A stretch of 64,000 nt of DNA from assembly GCA_032059445.1 (NCBI GenBank), contig DAMCAP010000005.1:36227-100226 (forward strand), in the 5' to 3' direction. Under the pieces are notes generated by a model that had not been told where the DNA came from, ran no database searches, and worked only from the letters and a program-made list of their open reading frames with translations. This document shows positions 25,974-35,009 of the stretch, piece by piece. The translations under genes and the position numbers were made by a program. Each line of letters begins with the position of its first letter. Position 1 is the stretch's first letter. This stretch comes from Oscillospiraceae bacterium. GTDB taxonomy: Bacteria > Bacillota > Clostridia > Oscillospirales > Ruminococcaceae.

Positions 25974-28598
25974 TTATCTTGTGAAAGCTGTGATGCTTTC
26001 TTTGATTTTGCTTAGGCGCTCGGTGGCATTTGCCAGCTTTGCCTTTTCGCTTTCGATGACAACGGCAGGTGCTTTTGCTACGAAGCCTTCATTATTTAGC
26101 TTGCCCGAAATTACCGCAATGTCTTTTTCGCAGGCAGCAAGTTCTTTGCTTAGGCGTGCCAGCTCTTTTTCACGGTCGATCAGCTCATCCATAGGGATCA
26201 GGATGGTAGCCTCAGCAGTGATGACTCGGACTGCATCCTTGATGTCAAAGTCTTTGCTCTCGATGGTGACATTGCTTGCAAATGCCAGCTTCTCGATAAA
26301 GGCAAAGGCATTTGTGAAGTTCTCTTTATATTCGGTAATGATGTGGACACTTGCCTTGCGGCTTGGTGGTACATCGGCATTGGTGCGGGCATTGCGGATC
26401 GCCTTGATGGCATTCATCACCATTTCAAAATTGGCTTCTTCACCGCCAAAATCCAGTGCCTTGTCAGCGTCAGGCCACTGAGAAACCATGATGCTCTCTC
26501 CCTCATGGGGCAGGCACTGCCAGATCTCCTCAGTGATAAAGGGCATAAAGGGGTGCAGTAGCTTTAAGGTATTGGAGAGTACATAGACCAGCACGCGCTT
26601 TACGTTGCTTGCTCCATCACCGCCTGCATTTAAGCGGCTCTTGGCAAGCTCGATATACCAGTCGCAGTATACATCCCAGATGAAGTCATAAAGCTTGCCT
26701 ACTGCAAGGCCCAGCTCATAGGAATTAAGGTTGTGGGTAACCTCTGCTATCAGGCGGTTGTACTTGTTAAGAATCCATTTATCCTCTGCTGCGAGGGTTT
26801 CGGGCAGGGTAAGCTCAATTTCTTCATCGCCGATATTCATCATAATGAAGCGGGCAGCGTTCCAGATCTTATTGGCAAAGTTACGGCTAGCCTTGACCTT
26901 ATCGTCAGAGAAGCGCATATCAGCTCCGGGTGCATTGCCGATGGTAAGGGTCAAGCGCAGAGCATCGGCGCCGTATAGATCGATAACCTCCAGCGGGTCG
27001 ATACCGTTGCCTAGGGATTTTGACATCTTGCGGCCCTGTGCATCACGAACGATACCATGCATAAATACGGTATCAAAGGGTACTTCGTTTAGCTGCTCGA
27101 TGGAGGAGAAGATCATCCTCGCTACCCAGAAGAAGATAATATCATAGCCTGTTACCAGTGTGCTGGTAGGGAAGAAGTAATCTAGCTCAGGGGTATCGTG
27201 AGGCCAGCCCAAAGTAGAGAATGGCCATAGGGCAGAGGAGAACCATGTGTCTAGGGTGTCGTTATCCTGTGTCAGATGAGTTGAGCCGCACTTCGGGCAG
27301 CGCTCGGGGGTGGAGCGGGCGACGATGATCTCGCCACAGTCGCAGTACCACGCAGGGATGCGGTGACCCCACCAAAGCTGGCGGGAGATGCACCAGTCGC
27401 GGATGTTTTCCATCCAGTTATAATAAATCTGGTCGAAGCGCTCGGGTACGAAGCGGACGGTACCCTCTCTGACTACATCGATTGCAGGCTCGGCAAGAGG
27501 CTGCATCTTGACAAACCACTGGGTAGACATCAGAGGCTCGATGACGGTGGCGCAGCGCTGGCAGCAGCCTACATTATGATTATAAGGCTCAACTTTAATC
27601 AGGTAGCCCTGGTCCTTGAGGTCGGCTACGATCTGCTTGCGGGCTGCAAAGCGGTCAAGACCGGCATATTTGCCGCCGTTTGTGTTGATCGTGCCATCTT
27701 GATTCATTACGTTGAGCAGAGGGAGCCCCTGACGCTGACCGACCTCAAAGTCGTTGGGGTCATGGGCGGGGGTCATCTTAACCACGCCTGTACCGAAGTC
27801 TTTTTCAACATAATTGTCGGCAACAATAGGGATTTCACGATCCATCAGGGGGAGGATGACGGTTTTTCCTACCAGATGGATGTAGCGCTCATCCTCGGGG
27901 TTGACTGCTACGCCGGTATCGCCCAGCATGGTTTCGGGGCGGGTAGTGGCGATCTCTAGATGCCCGCTGCCGTCGGAGAGAGGGTAGCGGATATGCCAGA
28001 AGCTGCCGTCAAGGCTGTTATAATCTACCTCTGCGTCAGAGATAGAGGTCTTGCAGTCTGGGCACCAGTTAATCATCCGCTCACCGCGGTAGATCAGTCC
28101 TTTTTCATAGAGGCGGTTAAAGCTCTCGACAACTGCTTCGGAGCAGCCATCATCCATGGTAAAGCGCTCTTTATCCCAGTCGCAAGAGGAACCGATTTTT
28201 TTGAGCTGCTCGGTAATCCTGCCACCGTATTTTTCTTTCCACTCCCATGCCAGCTCTAGGAACTTGTCACGGCCGATTTCACGCTTATCAATGCCCTGCT
28301 CTCTAAGGCTCTGTACGATTTTTGCCTCGGTGGCGATAGAAGCGTGGTCGGCGCCGGGTAGCCACAGAGTTTCGTAGCCGCTCATCCGCTTGTAGCGCAC
28401 TAAGATATCCTGGAAGGTATTATCCAGCGCATGACCCATATGCAGCTGCCCAGTGATGTTGGGCGGAGGCATCATGACAGTATAGGATTCCTTATCGGGG
28501 TTAGGCTTAGCGGAGAAGTATTTATGATCCATCCAAAATCGATATAGACGGTCCTCGACTTGTTTGGGGTCGTAGGTTTTTTCTAACTCTTTTCTCAT
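25974..28598 (-). CDS. valS: valine--tRNA ligase
   Basis: 874 aa with HMGH and KMSKS class I motifs and a C-terminal coiled coil. Confidence 0.95.
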   Translation of the reverse strand: MRKELEKTYDPKQVEDRLYRFWMDHKYFSAKPNPDKESYTVMMPPPNITGQLHMGHALDNTFQDILVRYKRMSGYETLWLPGADHASIATEAKIVQSLREQGIDKREIGRDKFLELAWEWKEKYGGRITEQLKKIGSSCDWDKERFTMDDGCSEAVVESFNRLYEKGLIYRGERMINWCPDCKTSISDAEVDYNSLDGSFWHIRYPLSDGSGHLEIATTRPETMLGDTGVAVNPEDERYIHLVGKTVILPLMDREIPIVADNYVEKDFGTGVVKMTPAHDPNDFEVGQRQGLPLLNVMNQDGTINTNGGKYAGLDRFAARKQIVADLKDQGYLIKVEPYNHNVGCCQRCATVIEPLMSTQWFVKMQPLAEPAIDVVREGTVRFVPERFDQIYYNWMENIRDWCISRQLWWGHRIPAWYCDCGEIIVARSTPERCPKCGSTHLTQDNDTLDTWFSSALWPFSTLGWPHDTPELDYFFPTSTLVTGYDIIFFWVARMIFSSIEQLNEVPFDTVFMHGIVRDAQGRKMSKSLGNGIDPLEVIDLYGADALRLTLTIGNAPGADMRFSDDKVKASRNFANKIWNAARFIMMNIGDEEIELTLPETLAAEDKWILNKYNRLIAEVTHNLNSYELGLAVGKLYDFIWDVYCDWYIELAKSRLNAGGDGASNVKRVLVYVLSNTLKLLHPFMPFITEEIWQCLPHEGESIMVSQWPDADKALDFGGEEANFEMVMNAIKAIRNARTNADVPPSRKASVHIITEYKENFTNAFAFIEKLAFASNVTIESKDFDIKDAVRVITAEATILIPMDELIDREKELARLSKELAACEKDIAVISGKLNNEGFVAKAPAVVIESEKAKLANATERLSKIKESITAFTR

Positions 28599-29155
28599 TA
28601 TATCAACCTTTCAAAAGAAATATAAAATAATACGATGATGCTGCCATGTTGGTACATGACAGCATTACACATGCCGGCTAATCGGCACAATATGAGAGCA
28701 ACGGGGTACACTATATATTGATTATAGTTTATTATAGCTTTTGGTACAAATAATATCAAGTACCGACATAAAATAATAGGTACTAATATGTCGCCGCTGC
28801 ATAGACTTTTGAGTTACTAGCAAGGGGTCTTTTACCGGTAAAATACGTGGCAATCAGCAGACATTAGCGCTCAGTAGTTCTTTTGTCGCGCTAATCGACG
28901 TATCACGCAAGGAGGCATGGTATGCAAAATATGCTGCTGGGCAAGTCCCTTTTGCATAAAAATGAAGATAGCCAAGCTTGCCATCTGGCGAAAGTAGCTA
29001 TAACGATCGTATTTGGCGGATATTTTTTTGTATTATGCCCAAAAAATACGATATTTTTATCTAAATTGCCTATTCTCTGTTGCATTTTTACGGGATTAAT
29101 GTCATAATACTATGTATACTTTTTACAAGAAACAATATTGATATGGAGGTATACC

Positions 29156-30688
29156 ATGCGTCACCAGCTCGTTTTAGTCATTGACTTTGGCGGTCAGTAT
29201 AATCAGCTTATTGCACGCCGTGTAAGAGACTGTAACGTCTACTGCGAAGTCAAATCCCATCGAATTACCGCCGCAGAGGTCAAGGAGCTCGACCCCATCG
29301 GCATTATCTTTACCGGCGGACCAAACAGTGTTTATCTTGACAATGCTCCTTCAATCGACCCTGAGATTTTTGAGCTGGGTATACCTGTACTGGGCATCTG
29401 CTACGGCGTGCAGCTAATTGCGCACCTATTGGGCGGCCATGTAACCAGCCCCGATAATCGTGAGTACGGCCGCACCGAAACCAGTTTTGATACAAGTTGC
29501 AAGCTCTTTGCAGGGCTGCCTGCAAAGGCGATTACCTGGATGAGCCATACCGATTATATAGACAAGCTACCTGCGGGCTTCCGCACAGTAGCAACTACCG
29601 ATGCCTGCCCAGCAGCTGCCATTGAGCATGCCGAGAAGAAGATCTATGGCTTGCAGTTTCACCCTGAGGTGCTTCATAGCGAAAATGGGCTTACCATGCT
29701 CAGGAAGTTCCTTTACGATGTAGCGGGTGCTGCAGGTGACTGGACTATGGAAGACTATGCTCGTACCGCTGTAGCAGCTGTAAAGGAAAAGGTCGGCGAC
29801 GGTAAGGTACTCCTAGCGCTCTCCGGCGGTGTCGACAGCTCCGTGGTGGCGGCTCTGCTGGAGCGTGCCATCGGCAGCAATCTTACCTGTATTTTTGTAG
29901 ATCACGGCTTAATGCGCAAAAACGAAGGTGATGAAATAGAAGCCATCTTTGGCGGTGGCAAGATCAATTTCGTCCGTGTTAATGCTCAGAAGCGCTTCCT
30001 AGATCGACTGGCAGGAGTAAGTGACCCAGAAACAAAGCGTAAGATCATCGGCGAGGAGTTTATCCGCGTATTTGAGGAAGAGGGCAAAAAGATCGGCAGC
30101 GTAGACTACTTGGCGCAGGGCACCATCTACCCTGATGTAGTGGAGTCGGGCTCAGGTGAAGCAGCTGTCATCAAGAGCCACCACAATGTAGGCGGTCTGC
30201 CTGATTTCGTTGATTTTAAAGACATTGTGGAGCCTCTACGTATGCTCTTTAAGGACGAGGTCAGAGCACTGGGTAGCCAGCTTGGCTTGCCTGATCATCT
30301 GGTATGGCGTCAGCCTTTCCCAGGCCCTGGTCTGGCAATCCGTGTGATCGGCGAGATCACTGAGGAGAAGCTCAATATCCTACGGGAAGCTGATTTCGTC
30401 TTTAGAGATGAGATCGCAAAGGCTGGTCTTGACCGCAGCATCAACCAATACTTCGCCGTGCTGACCAACATGCGCTCGGTCGGTGTAATGGGTGATGGCA
30501 GAACCTACGACTACACCCTTGCTCTGCGTGGAGTGACCACCACCGACTTCATGACCGCTGACTGGGCTAAGATCCCCTACGAGCTCTTAGACAAGATCTC
30601 CGGCAGAATCATCAACGAGGTGCGTCACATCAACCGCATCGTGTATGATATCACCAGTAAACCACCTGCAACCATCGAGTGGGAGTAG
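29156..30688 (+). CDS. guaA: glutamine-hydrolysing GMP synthase
   Basis: Start at [24 protein letters not shown] after GGAGG. GATase domain plus [11 protein letters not shown]-PPase loop, ending in the canonical TIEWE. Confidence 0.95.
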   Translation: MRHQLVLVIDFGGQYNQLIARRVRDCNVYCEVKSHRITAAEVKELDPIGIIFTGGPNSVYLDNAPSIDPEIFELGIPVLGICYGVQLIAHLLGGHVTSPDNREYGRTETSFDTSCKLFAGLPAKAITWMSHTDYIDKLPAGFRTVATTDACPAAAIEHAEKKIYGLQFHPEVLHSENGLTMLRKFLYDVAGAAGDWTMEDYARTAVAAVKEKVGDGKVLLALSGGVDSSVVAALLERAIGSNLTCIFVDHGLMRKNEGDEIEAIFGGGKINFVRVNAQKRFLDRLAGVSDPETKRKIIGEEFIRVFEEEGKKIGSVDYLAQGTIYPDVVESGSGEAAVIKSHHNVGGLPDFVDFKDIVEPLRMLFKDEVRALGSQLGLPDHLVWRQPFPGPGLAIRVIGEITEEKLNILREADFVFRDEIAKAGLDRSINQYFAVLTNMRSVGVMGDGRTYDYTLALRGVTTTDFMTADWAKIPYELLDKISGRIINEVRHINRIVYDITSKPPATIEWE

Positions 30689-30709
30689 TATTTTAGGCAA
30701 AAACATAGA

Positions 30710-30750
30710 CCACAAACCCAGTGTTTATGCGGGTTTGTGGTCTTTTGCTT
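30710..30750 (+). terminator. intrinsic terminator after guaA
   Basis: 10 bp stem CCACAAACCC/GGGTTTGTGG followed by TCTTTTGCTTT. Confidence 0.75.
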
Positions 30751-30757
30751 TGTGCGG

Positions 30758-30776
30758 TGATAACATTTTGATAACA
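30758..30776 (+). repeat. attL core: 19 bp direct repeat TGATAACATTTTGATAACA
   Basis: Identical 19-mer at 39577-39595. The core is itself TGATAACA-TTT-TGATAACA. Confidence 0.85.
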
Positions 30777-30779
30777 GAA

Positions 30780-30962
30780 TTATTTTTTGAGGATAGTGGA
30801 AACACTATCCTCTTTTTTATTTTCTGCAATAGATAGCTCAATAATTTGCTCCTCGCCGCTTATGTACATTTCCTCTGTCTGCCGTTGAACTGCCTGTAAC
30901 TCATTGACTATGTCTGTGATTTTGTTGAATAATGTGTGATACATTTTTTTATAGTCGGGCAT
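30780..30962 (-). CDS. hypothetical small coiled-coil protein
   Basis: Start at MPDYKKMYHTLF, 7 nt after GAGGTG. 60 aa with no recognisable domain. Confidence 0.45.
   Translation of the reverse strand: MPDYKKMYHTLFNKITDIVNELQAVQRQTEEMYISGEEQIIELSIAENKKEDSVSTILKK
30789..30819 (+). terminator. strong plus-strand terminator just inside attL
   Basis: GAGGATAGTG-GAAA-CACTATCCTC followed by TTTTTTATTTT. It overlaps the 3' end of the minus-strand small ORF. Confidence 0.7.
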
Positions 30963-31058
30963 AGCACTCACCTCAAACACATTATAGTTAATATATTAAG
31001 CATAGTCAATAGATTAAGCATGTTAATATTTAAGCATACTATATTAGAGGTGATGTTA

Positions 31059-31262
31059 ATGATAAACTACAATCCATTTTTTAAATATTTGCTTGACCAC
31101 AATATAACCGAATATAATTTAATATATAAACAAGGAATTTCGGCAAATACGATTCACAGAATGAAAAATGGCAAACCCATAACAACAGAAACTTTAGACA
31201 CATTGTGTTTTATTTTGAAATGTGATATTACTGATATAATAGAATATGTTGAAGATAAATAA
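31059..31262 (+). CDS. XRE-family HTH protein (Cro-like)
   Basis: 67 aa with ATG 7 nt after GAGGTG. HTH segment QGISANTIHRMKNGKPITTETLDTLCFIL. Confidence 0.7.
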   Translation: MINYNPFFKYLLDHNITEYNLIYKQGISANTIHRMKNGKPITTETLDTLCFILKCDITDIIEYVEDK

Positions 31263-31299
31263 ACTCAGTATGCCAATTTTATAGCATACTGGGTTTGTT

Positions 31300-31743
31300 T
31301 TATATGCTCCAATTCATCTTCCACTCGTAATATTCTTCCTGTGTCAGCTCTCCTTTTTGGAGGGCTTTTTGTTTTTCATACCATTCTTCCAGCAAGCCAT
31401 CCATTCCCATAATCGACAGGCTAATCCTTTTTACTTCTCTGCCGTCCTCAGTAATTACCTCTTGCGCTGACAGCTTGACCCCATTGCTTTCATCCAAAAA
31501 CAAAAGTGTCCGCATGATTTCTTCCATGCTGGTAGGTGCCGGTGCCATCAAATAATCGGGATTTACATTTAAAACCTCCGCCATTTTATGTACCATATCA
31601 GCCTTGGGCACACGAGTGCCTGTTTCGTATTGAGCGATACGTACATCAGCAGTTACCGCACTAAAGCCTACAAGCTGTCCGAATTCCCTTTGCGTATACC
31701 CTCTCAATGTTCTAAGTTTTTTCAGTTTATATCCCATTGACAT
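31300..31743 (-). CDS. XRE-family HTH repressor (CI-like)
   Basis: 147 aa with HTH LKKLRTLRGYTQREFGQLVGFSAVTADVRIAQYETG. It is divergent from the xis-int promoter. Confidence 0.8.
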   Translation of the reverse strand: MSMGYKLKKLRTLRGYTQREFGQLVGFSAVTADVRIAQYETGTRVPKADMVHKMAEVLNVNPDYLMAPAPTSMEEIMRTLLFLDESNGVKLSAQEVITEDGREVKRISLSIMGMDGLLEEWYEKQKALQKGELTQEEYYEWKMNWSI

Positions 31744-31848
31744 CGCTTCACCCTCCTGTTAAACAATATTGTTTATAACAGTATACCACAATACAAAACA
31801 AATAATCAATAGTTAAATAAAAAAGTTTAACTTGGTAGCCAAAAGGTG

Positions 31849-31877
31849 TTGACATAAATAAATTTGTTTAGTATAAT
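31849..31877 (+). promoter_or_regulatory. consensus sigma-A promoter of the xis-int module
   Basis: TTGACA-17 nt-TATAAT, a perfect consensus, flanked by AAACAA/TTGTTT palindromes. Confidence 0.7.
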
Positions 31878-31928
31878 CAAGATGGGAACTAAACAAATAT
31901 GTTTGTGTGGTTAGGGAGGAGGAATGTG

Positions 31929-32111
31929 ATGGATAAAAAGTTGTTTATTACGGCAGCCGAAATGGCGGAGTGTCTGGGAGTGTCAAAGGCTCATGCCTAT
32001 AAAATCATTAAAAAGCTAAATGAACAGCTAAAAAGTGATGGGTACATGACCGTTACAGGCAAGGTAAGCCGTAAGTATTTTGCAGAAAAGTTCTATGGTG
32101 TAACAGGGTAA
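31929..32111 (+). CDS. excisionase-type (MerR-like) HTH DNA-binding protein
   Basis: 60 aa, MDKKLFITAAEMAECLGVSKAHAYKIIKKLNEQL, immediately upstream of the integrase. RBS GGAGGAGG. Confidence 0.7.
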   Translation: MDKKLFITAAEMAECLGVSKAHAYKIIKKLNEQLKSDGYMTVTGKVSRKYFAEKFYGVTG

Positions 32112-32124
32112 AGGGAGGGATTCA

Positions 32125-33195
32125 ATGTCAGTCAGCAAGGACCCAAGCGGAAAATGGATGGTATCGGTACGGCACAAGGATTACACAGGAAAGATGAAGC
32201 AAACCCTAAAACGAGGATTCAAAACTAAAAAGGAGGGACAGGCATGGGAGCGTGAATTTCTTAGAAAAGCTCATACAAACCTCGATATGACCTTTGGAAG
32301 CTTCGTAGAAATTTATACTTCTGACATTAAAGACAGGGTAAAAAAGAACACTTGGCAGACCAAAGAGAATATTATAAGCACCAAACTGCTACCCCATTTT
32401 AAGGACAAGAAAATTAACGAAATTAAGCCGGCTGATATCATAGCGTGGCAAAACCAAATGATGCAAAGCAAGAACGATAAAGGCAAAAAGTTCTCGCCCA
32501 CATATCTCAAAACCATACACAATCAGCTGTCAGCTATTTTCAATCACGCAGTGCGGTTTTATGAACTGCCAGCAAACCCAGCAGAAAAAGCAGGTAATAT
32601 GGGTAAAGAGAAAACCAAGGAAATGCTGTTCTGGACAAAGGAAGAGTATCTGAAATTCGCAGAAAGTATGATGGATAAACCAATTTCGTTCTATGCCTTT
32701 GAACTTCTTTATTGGTGTGGAATCAGAATGGGTGAACTGTTAGCACTCACCGCCGAAGATTTCGACTTTGAAAAGAGCACGGTTCGCATCAATAAATCAT
32801 ACCAACGGATTGAAAAAGAGGACATTATCACAGATCCAAAAACCCTAAAAAGCAACAGAACAATCTCAATGCCCGATTTTCTCTGCGAGGAAATACAGGA
32901 ATATGTAAAGTCAATCTACGGCTTAGAGCCCACCGACAGACTGTTCCAAATCACAAAAAGTTATCTCCATCACGAAATGGACAGGGGCAGCAAGGAGCAA
33001 AACATCAAACGAATACGGGTGCATGACATCAGACATTCTCATGTGAGCTTGCTGATAGATATGGGGTTTAGTGCAGTGGCAATAGCCGACCGTGTGGGGC
33101 ATGAAAGCATCGACATCACGTATCGATACGCTCACCTGTTTCCAACCAAGCAATCGGAAATAGCCAATAAACTAAATGTAGAAAGAGGAGCGTAA
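32125..33195 (+). CDS. tyrosine site-specific integrase with N-terminal arm-binding domain
   Basis: 356 aa with catalytic residues in CGIRMGELLAL (R), HDIRHSHVS (HxxR) and GHESIDITYRYAH (H..Y). The N-terminus resembles the Tn916-type Int DNA-binding domain. Confidence 0.9.
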   Translation: MSVSKDPSGKWMVSVRHKDYTGKMKQTLKRGFKTKKEGQAWEREFLRKAHTNLDMTFGSFVEIYTSDIKDRVKKNTWQTKENIISTKLLPHFKDKKINEIKPADIIAWQNQMMQSKNDKGKKFSPTYLKTIHNQLSAIFNHAVRFYELPANPAEKAGNMGKEKTKEMLFWTKEEYLKFAESMMDKPISFYAFELLYWCGIRMGELLALTAEDFDFEKSTVRINKSYQRIEKEDIITDPKTLKSNRTISMPDFLCEEIQEYVKSIYGLEPTDRLFQITKSYLHHEMDRGSKEQNIKRIRVHDIRHSHVSLLIDMGFSAVAIADRVGHESIDITYRYAHLFPTKQSEIANKLNVERGA

Positions 33196-33196
33196 T

Positions 33197-33547
33197 ATGT
33201 CAGCTAAAAATATGGATAAGAAAAACAGATGGCGTAGTAAAACGGTAGGCTTTAGAATGTCACCAGAAGAAAATGAACAGCTTGATGTCCTGGCAAGGCT
33301 GTCGGGGCTTTCCAAGCAGGATTACATTATTGCCAAGGTCTTAGATCGTGAGGTTGCAATAAACCCAAACCCAAGGGTATACAAGGCACTGAAAAATGAG
33401 CTACAGGCAGTGCGCGAACAGCTTGTAAGGCTATCTCAAATCAATGCAGAGCACGATGAACTACTTGAACTAACAAAATATATGGTAACCATGCTCGCAG
33501 CTGCAAAGGGGGAAGTTAATGAATTTGTACAAGAAAAAAACAACTGA
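33197..33547 (+). CDS. MobC-like ribbon-helix-helix relaxosome accessory protein
   Basis: The pattern RSKTVGFRMSPEENEQLDVLARLSGLSKQDYIIAKVL matches the MobC family pattern. Confidence 0.6.
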   Translation: MSAKNMDKKNRWRSKTVGFRMSPEENEQLDVLARLSGLSKQDYIIAKVLDREVAINPNPRVYKALKNELQAVREQLVRLSQINAEHDELLELTKYMVTMLAAAKGEVNEFVQEKNN

Positions 33548-34613
33548 TTTAACCACATCTGCTCCAACAGATATGAATCAGTCGCTCCATTCCAATATTA
33601 ATATTATACCCAATTCTCAGCAGATAATCAATAAGAATGTTTTAGAAACGCTCTCGCTCAATGAGATTTATGACACGGTGTTTCAGCCAAAGACACAAAT
33701 TATCGAGGGTATGCTCCAAACTGGAGCATACCTGTTCGTTGGAGCACCTAAGATTGGCAAGAGCTTTTTAATGGCACAGATTGGCTACTTTGTCAGCAAG
33801 GGGTTATCCCTTTGGAATTTCAAAACCTATCAAGGAACGGTACTGTATCTTGCTTTGGAGGATGACTACTCACGAATACAGCAGCGACTATATACCATGT
33901 TTGGTGAGGAAGATAACGACAATCTATATTTTGCCACAAGGTCGCAAAACCTAAGTGAGGGGTTGGGTCAGCAATTGGAAAATTTTCTTTCGGAGCATCC
34001 CCATACCAAGCTGATTATCATTGATACCTTGCATAAGATACGAGAAAAAGGCAGTGACAAATACAGCTATGCCAATGACAACGATGTTGCATCAGCAGTT
34101 AAGGAGTTTGCAGAGCAGCACAACATCTGTATTTTGGTGGTGCATCATACGAGAAAAGGCAAATCCGATGACCCCTTCGAGGATATCTCCGGCACCAATG
34201 GCTTGCTGGGGGCGGTAGACGGTGCGTTTATGATGTACAAAAAGCAAAGAAATGAAAGCACCGCCATCATCGATCTTGAGGGCAGAGATGTGAAGAATCA
34301 GCGGTTTAACGTTTCCTTTGACACTGAAAAGTGTTTGTGGAGCTTAGATAGCGTAGAGCAAAACCTAAAACCTCCAATGGAAAACCCTCTGCTACAAAAG
34401 CTTTCTTCTTTTCTGACGGTGGAACAGCCGCTATGGCAGGGGACGGCAAGCGAGCTGATAGATACACTGGAGCTAATTGATATTACACCAAATGTTCTGA
34501 CAAGGCGGCTGAATGTTTCTGTGGATGAACTGAAAAACCGTTATGGCATAAGCCTAAAAGGTAAGCGGACACATACGGATCGGCTGATTATTATGGAAAA
34601 AACAAACAATTAA
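33519..34613 (+). CDS. AAA_25/RepA-like P-loop ATPase (RecA-fold)
   Basis: Walker A GAPKIGKS, VLYLALEDD, Walker B LIIIDTL and VVHHTRKG, typical of element-encoded RepA/DnaB-like ATPases. Confidence 0.7.
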   Translation: MNLYKKKTTDLTTSAPTDMNQSLHSNINIIPNSQQIINKNVLETLSLNEIYDTVFQPKTQIIEGMLQTGAYLFVGAPKIGKSFLMAQIGYFVSKGLSLWNFKTYQGTVLYLALEDDYSRIQQRLYTMFGEEDNDNLYFATRSQNLSEGLGQQLENFLSEHPHTKLIIIDTLHKIREKGSDKYSYANDNDVASAVKEFAEQHNICILVVHHTRKGKSDDPFEDISGTNGLLGAVDGAFMMYKKQRNESTAIIDLEGRDVKNQRFNVSFDTEKCLWSLDSVEQNLKPPMENPLLQKLSSFLTVEQPLWQGTASELIDTLELIDITPNVLTRRLNVSVDELKNRYGISLKGKRTHTDRLIIMEKTNN

Positions 34614-34635
34614 GCTATCAAAAAGCGGAGATAAG

Positions 34636-34668
34636 TAAGGGGGGACAGATTATCCCCCCCTTCTTGCG
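34636..34668 (+). terminator. terminator after the ATPase gene
   Basis: GGGGGGA-loop-TCCCCCCC followed by TTCTTG. Confidence 0.5.
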
Positions 34669-34743
34669 TCGATATGACGGTATTTTTATGGTGCGTTGTG
34701 GTGTGAAAACATCGTCGCATCGTCGCAACAATTGCATTGCATC

Positions 34744-34772
34744 TTGCTTTTATTCGCCCCGTGGAATATAAT
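34744..34772 (+). promoter_or_regulatory. promoter of the HTH/R-M cassette
   Basis: TTGCTT-17 nt-TATAAT. Confidence 0.55.
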
Positions 34773-34796
34773 ATAAGAAAACCATGTTAAAACGAG

Positions 34797-35009
34797 GTGA
34801 ATATTTTGGGGTATATTACTGCAAGTCAAGCAGCTGAAAGATGGCGAATTTCTCAAAGGCGTGTGCAGGTACTTTGCGCCCAAGGTAGAGTTCCCGGTGT
34901 TTTTAAATTGGGTGAGAACTGGGCTATTCCTGAAAACATAGATAAGCCTGAGGATACGAGAAAGAAAAGGACGAATGACGAGAATGAGAAGAAAGCCAAT
35001 ATTGATTGA
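34797..35009 (+). CDS. small HTH (excisionase/HTH_17-type) DNA-binding protein, possible R-M controller
   Basis: YITASQAAERWRISQRRVQVLCAQGRVPGVFKLGENWAIP. The true start may be TTG 34806, 6 nt after GAGGTG. It overlaps the methyltransferase start. Confidence 0.65.
   Translation: MNILGYITASQAAERWRISQRRVQVLCAQGRVPGVFKLGENWAIPENIDKPEDTRKKRTNDENEKKANID

Noticed and set aside
28599-28920. T-box riboswitch upstream of valS.
   Set aside because: One is expected in Firmicutes, but I cannot find the conserved GGUGGUACCGCG T-box sequence, a convincing specifier loop with GUN followed by a purine, or Stem I motifs. I report it only as an unclassified structured leader.
28921-29155. Purine (guanine) riboswitch or PurR box upstream of guaA.
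   Set aside because: No match to the conserved purine aptamer junction sequences. ORFs 28903..29085 and 28922..29107 look spurious.
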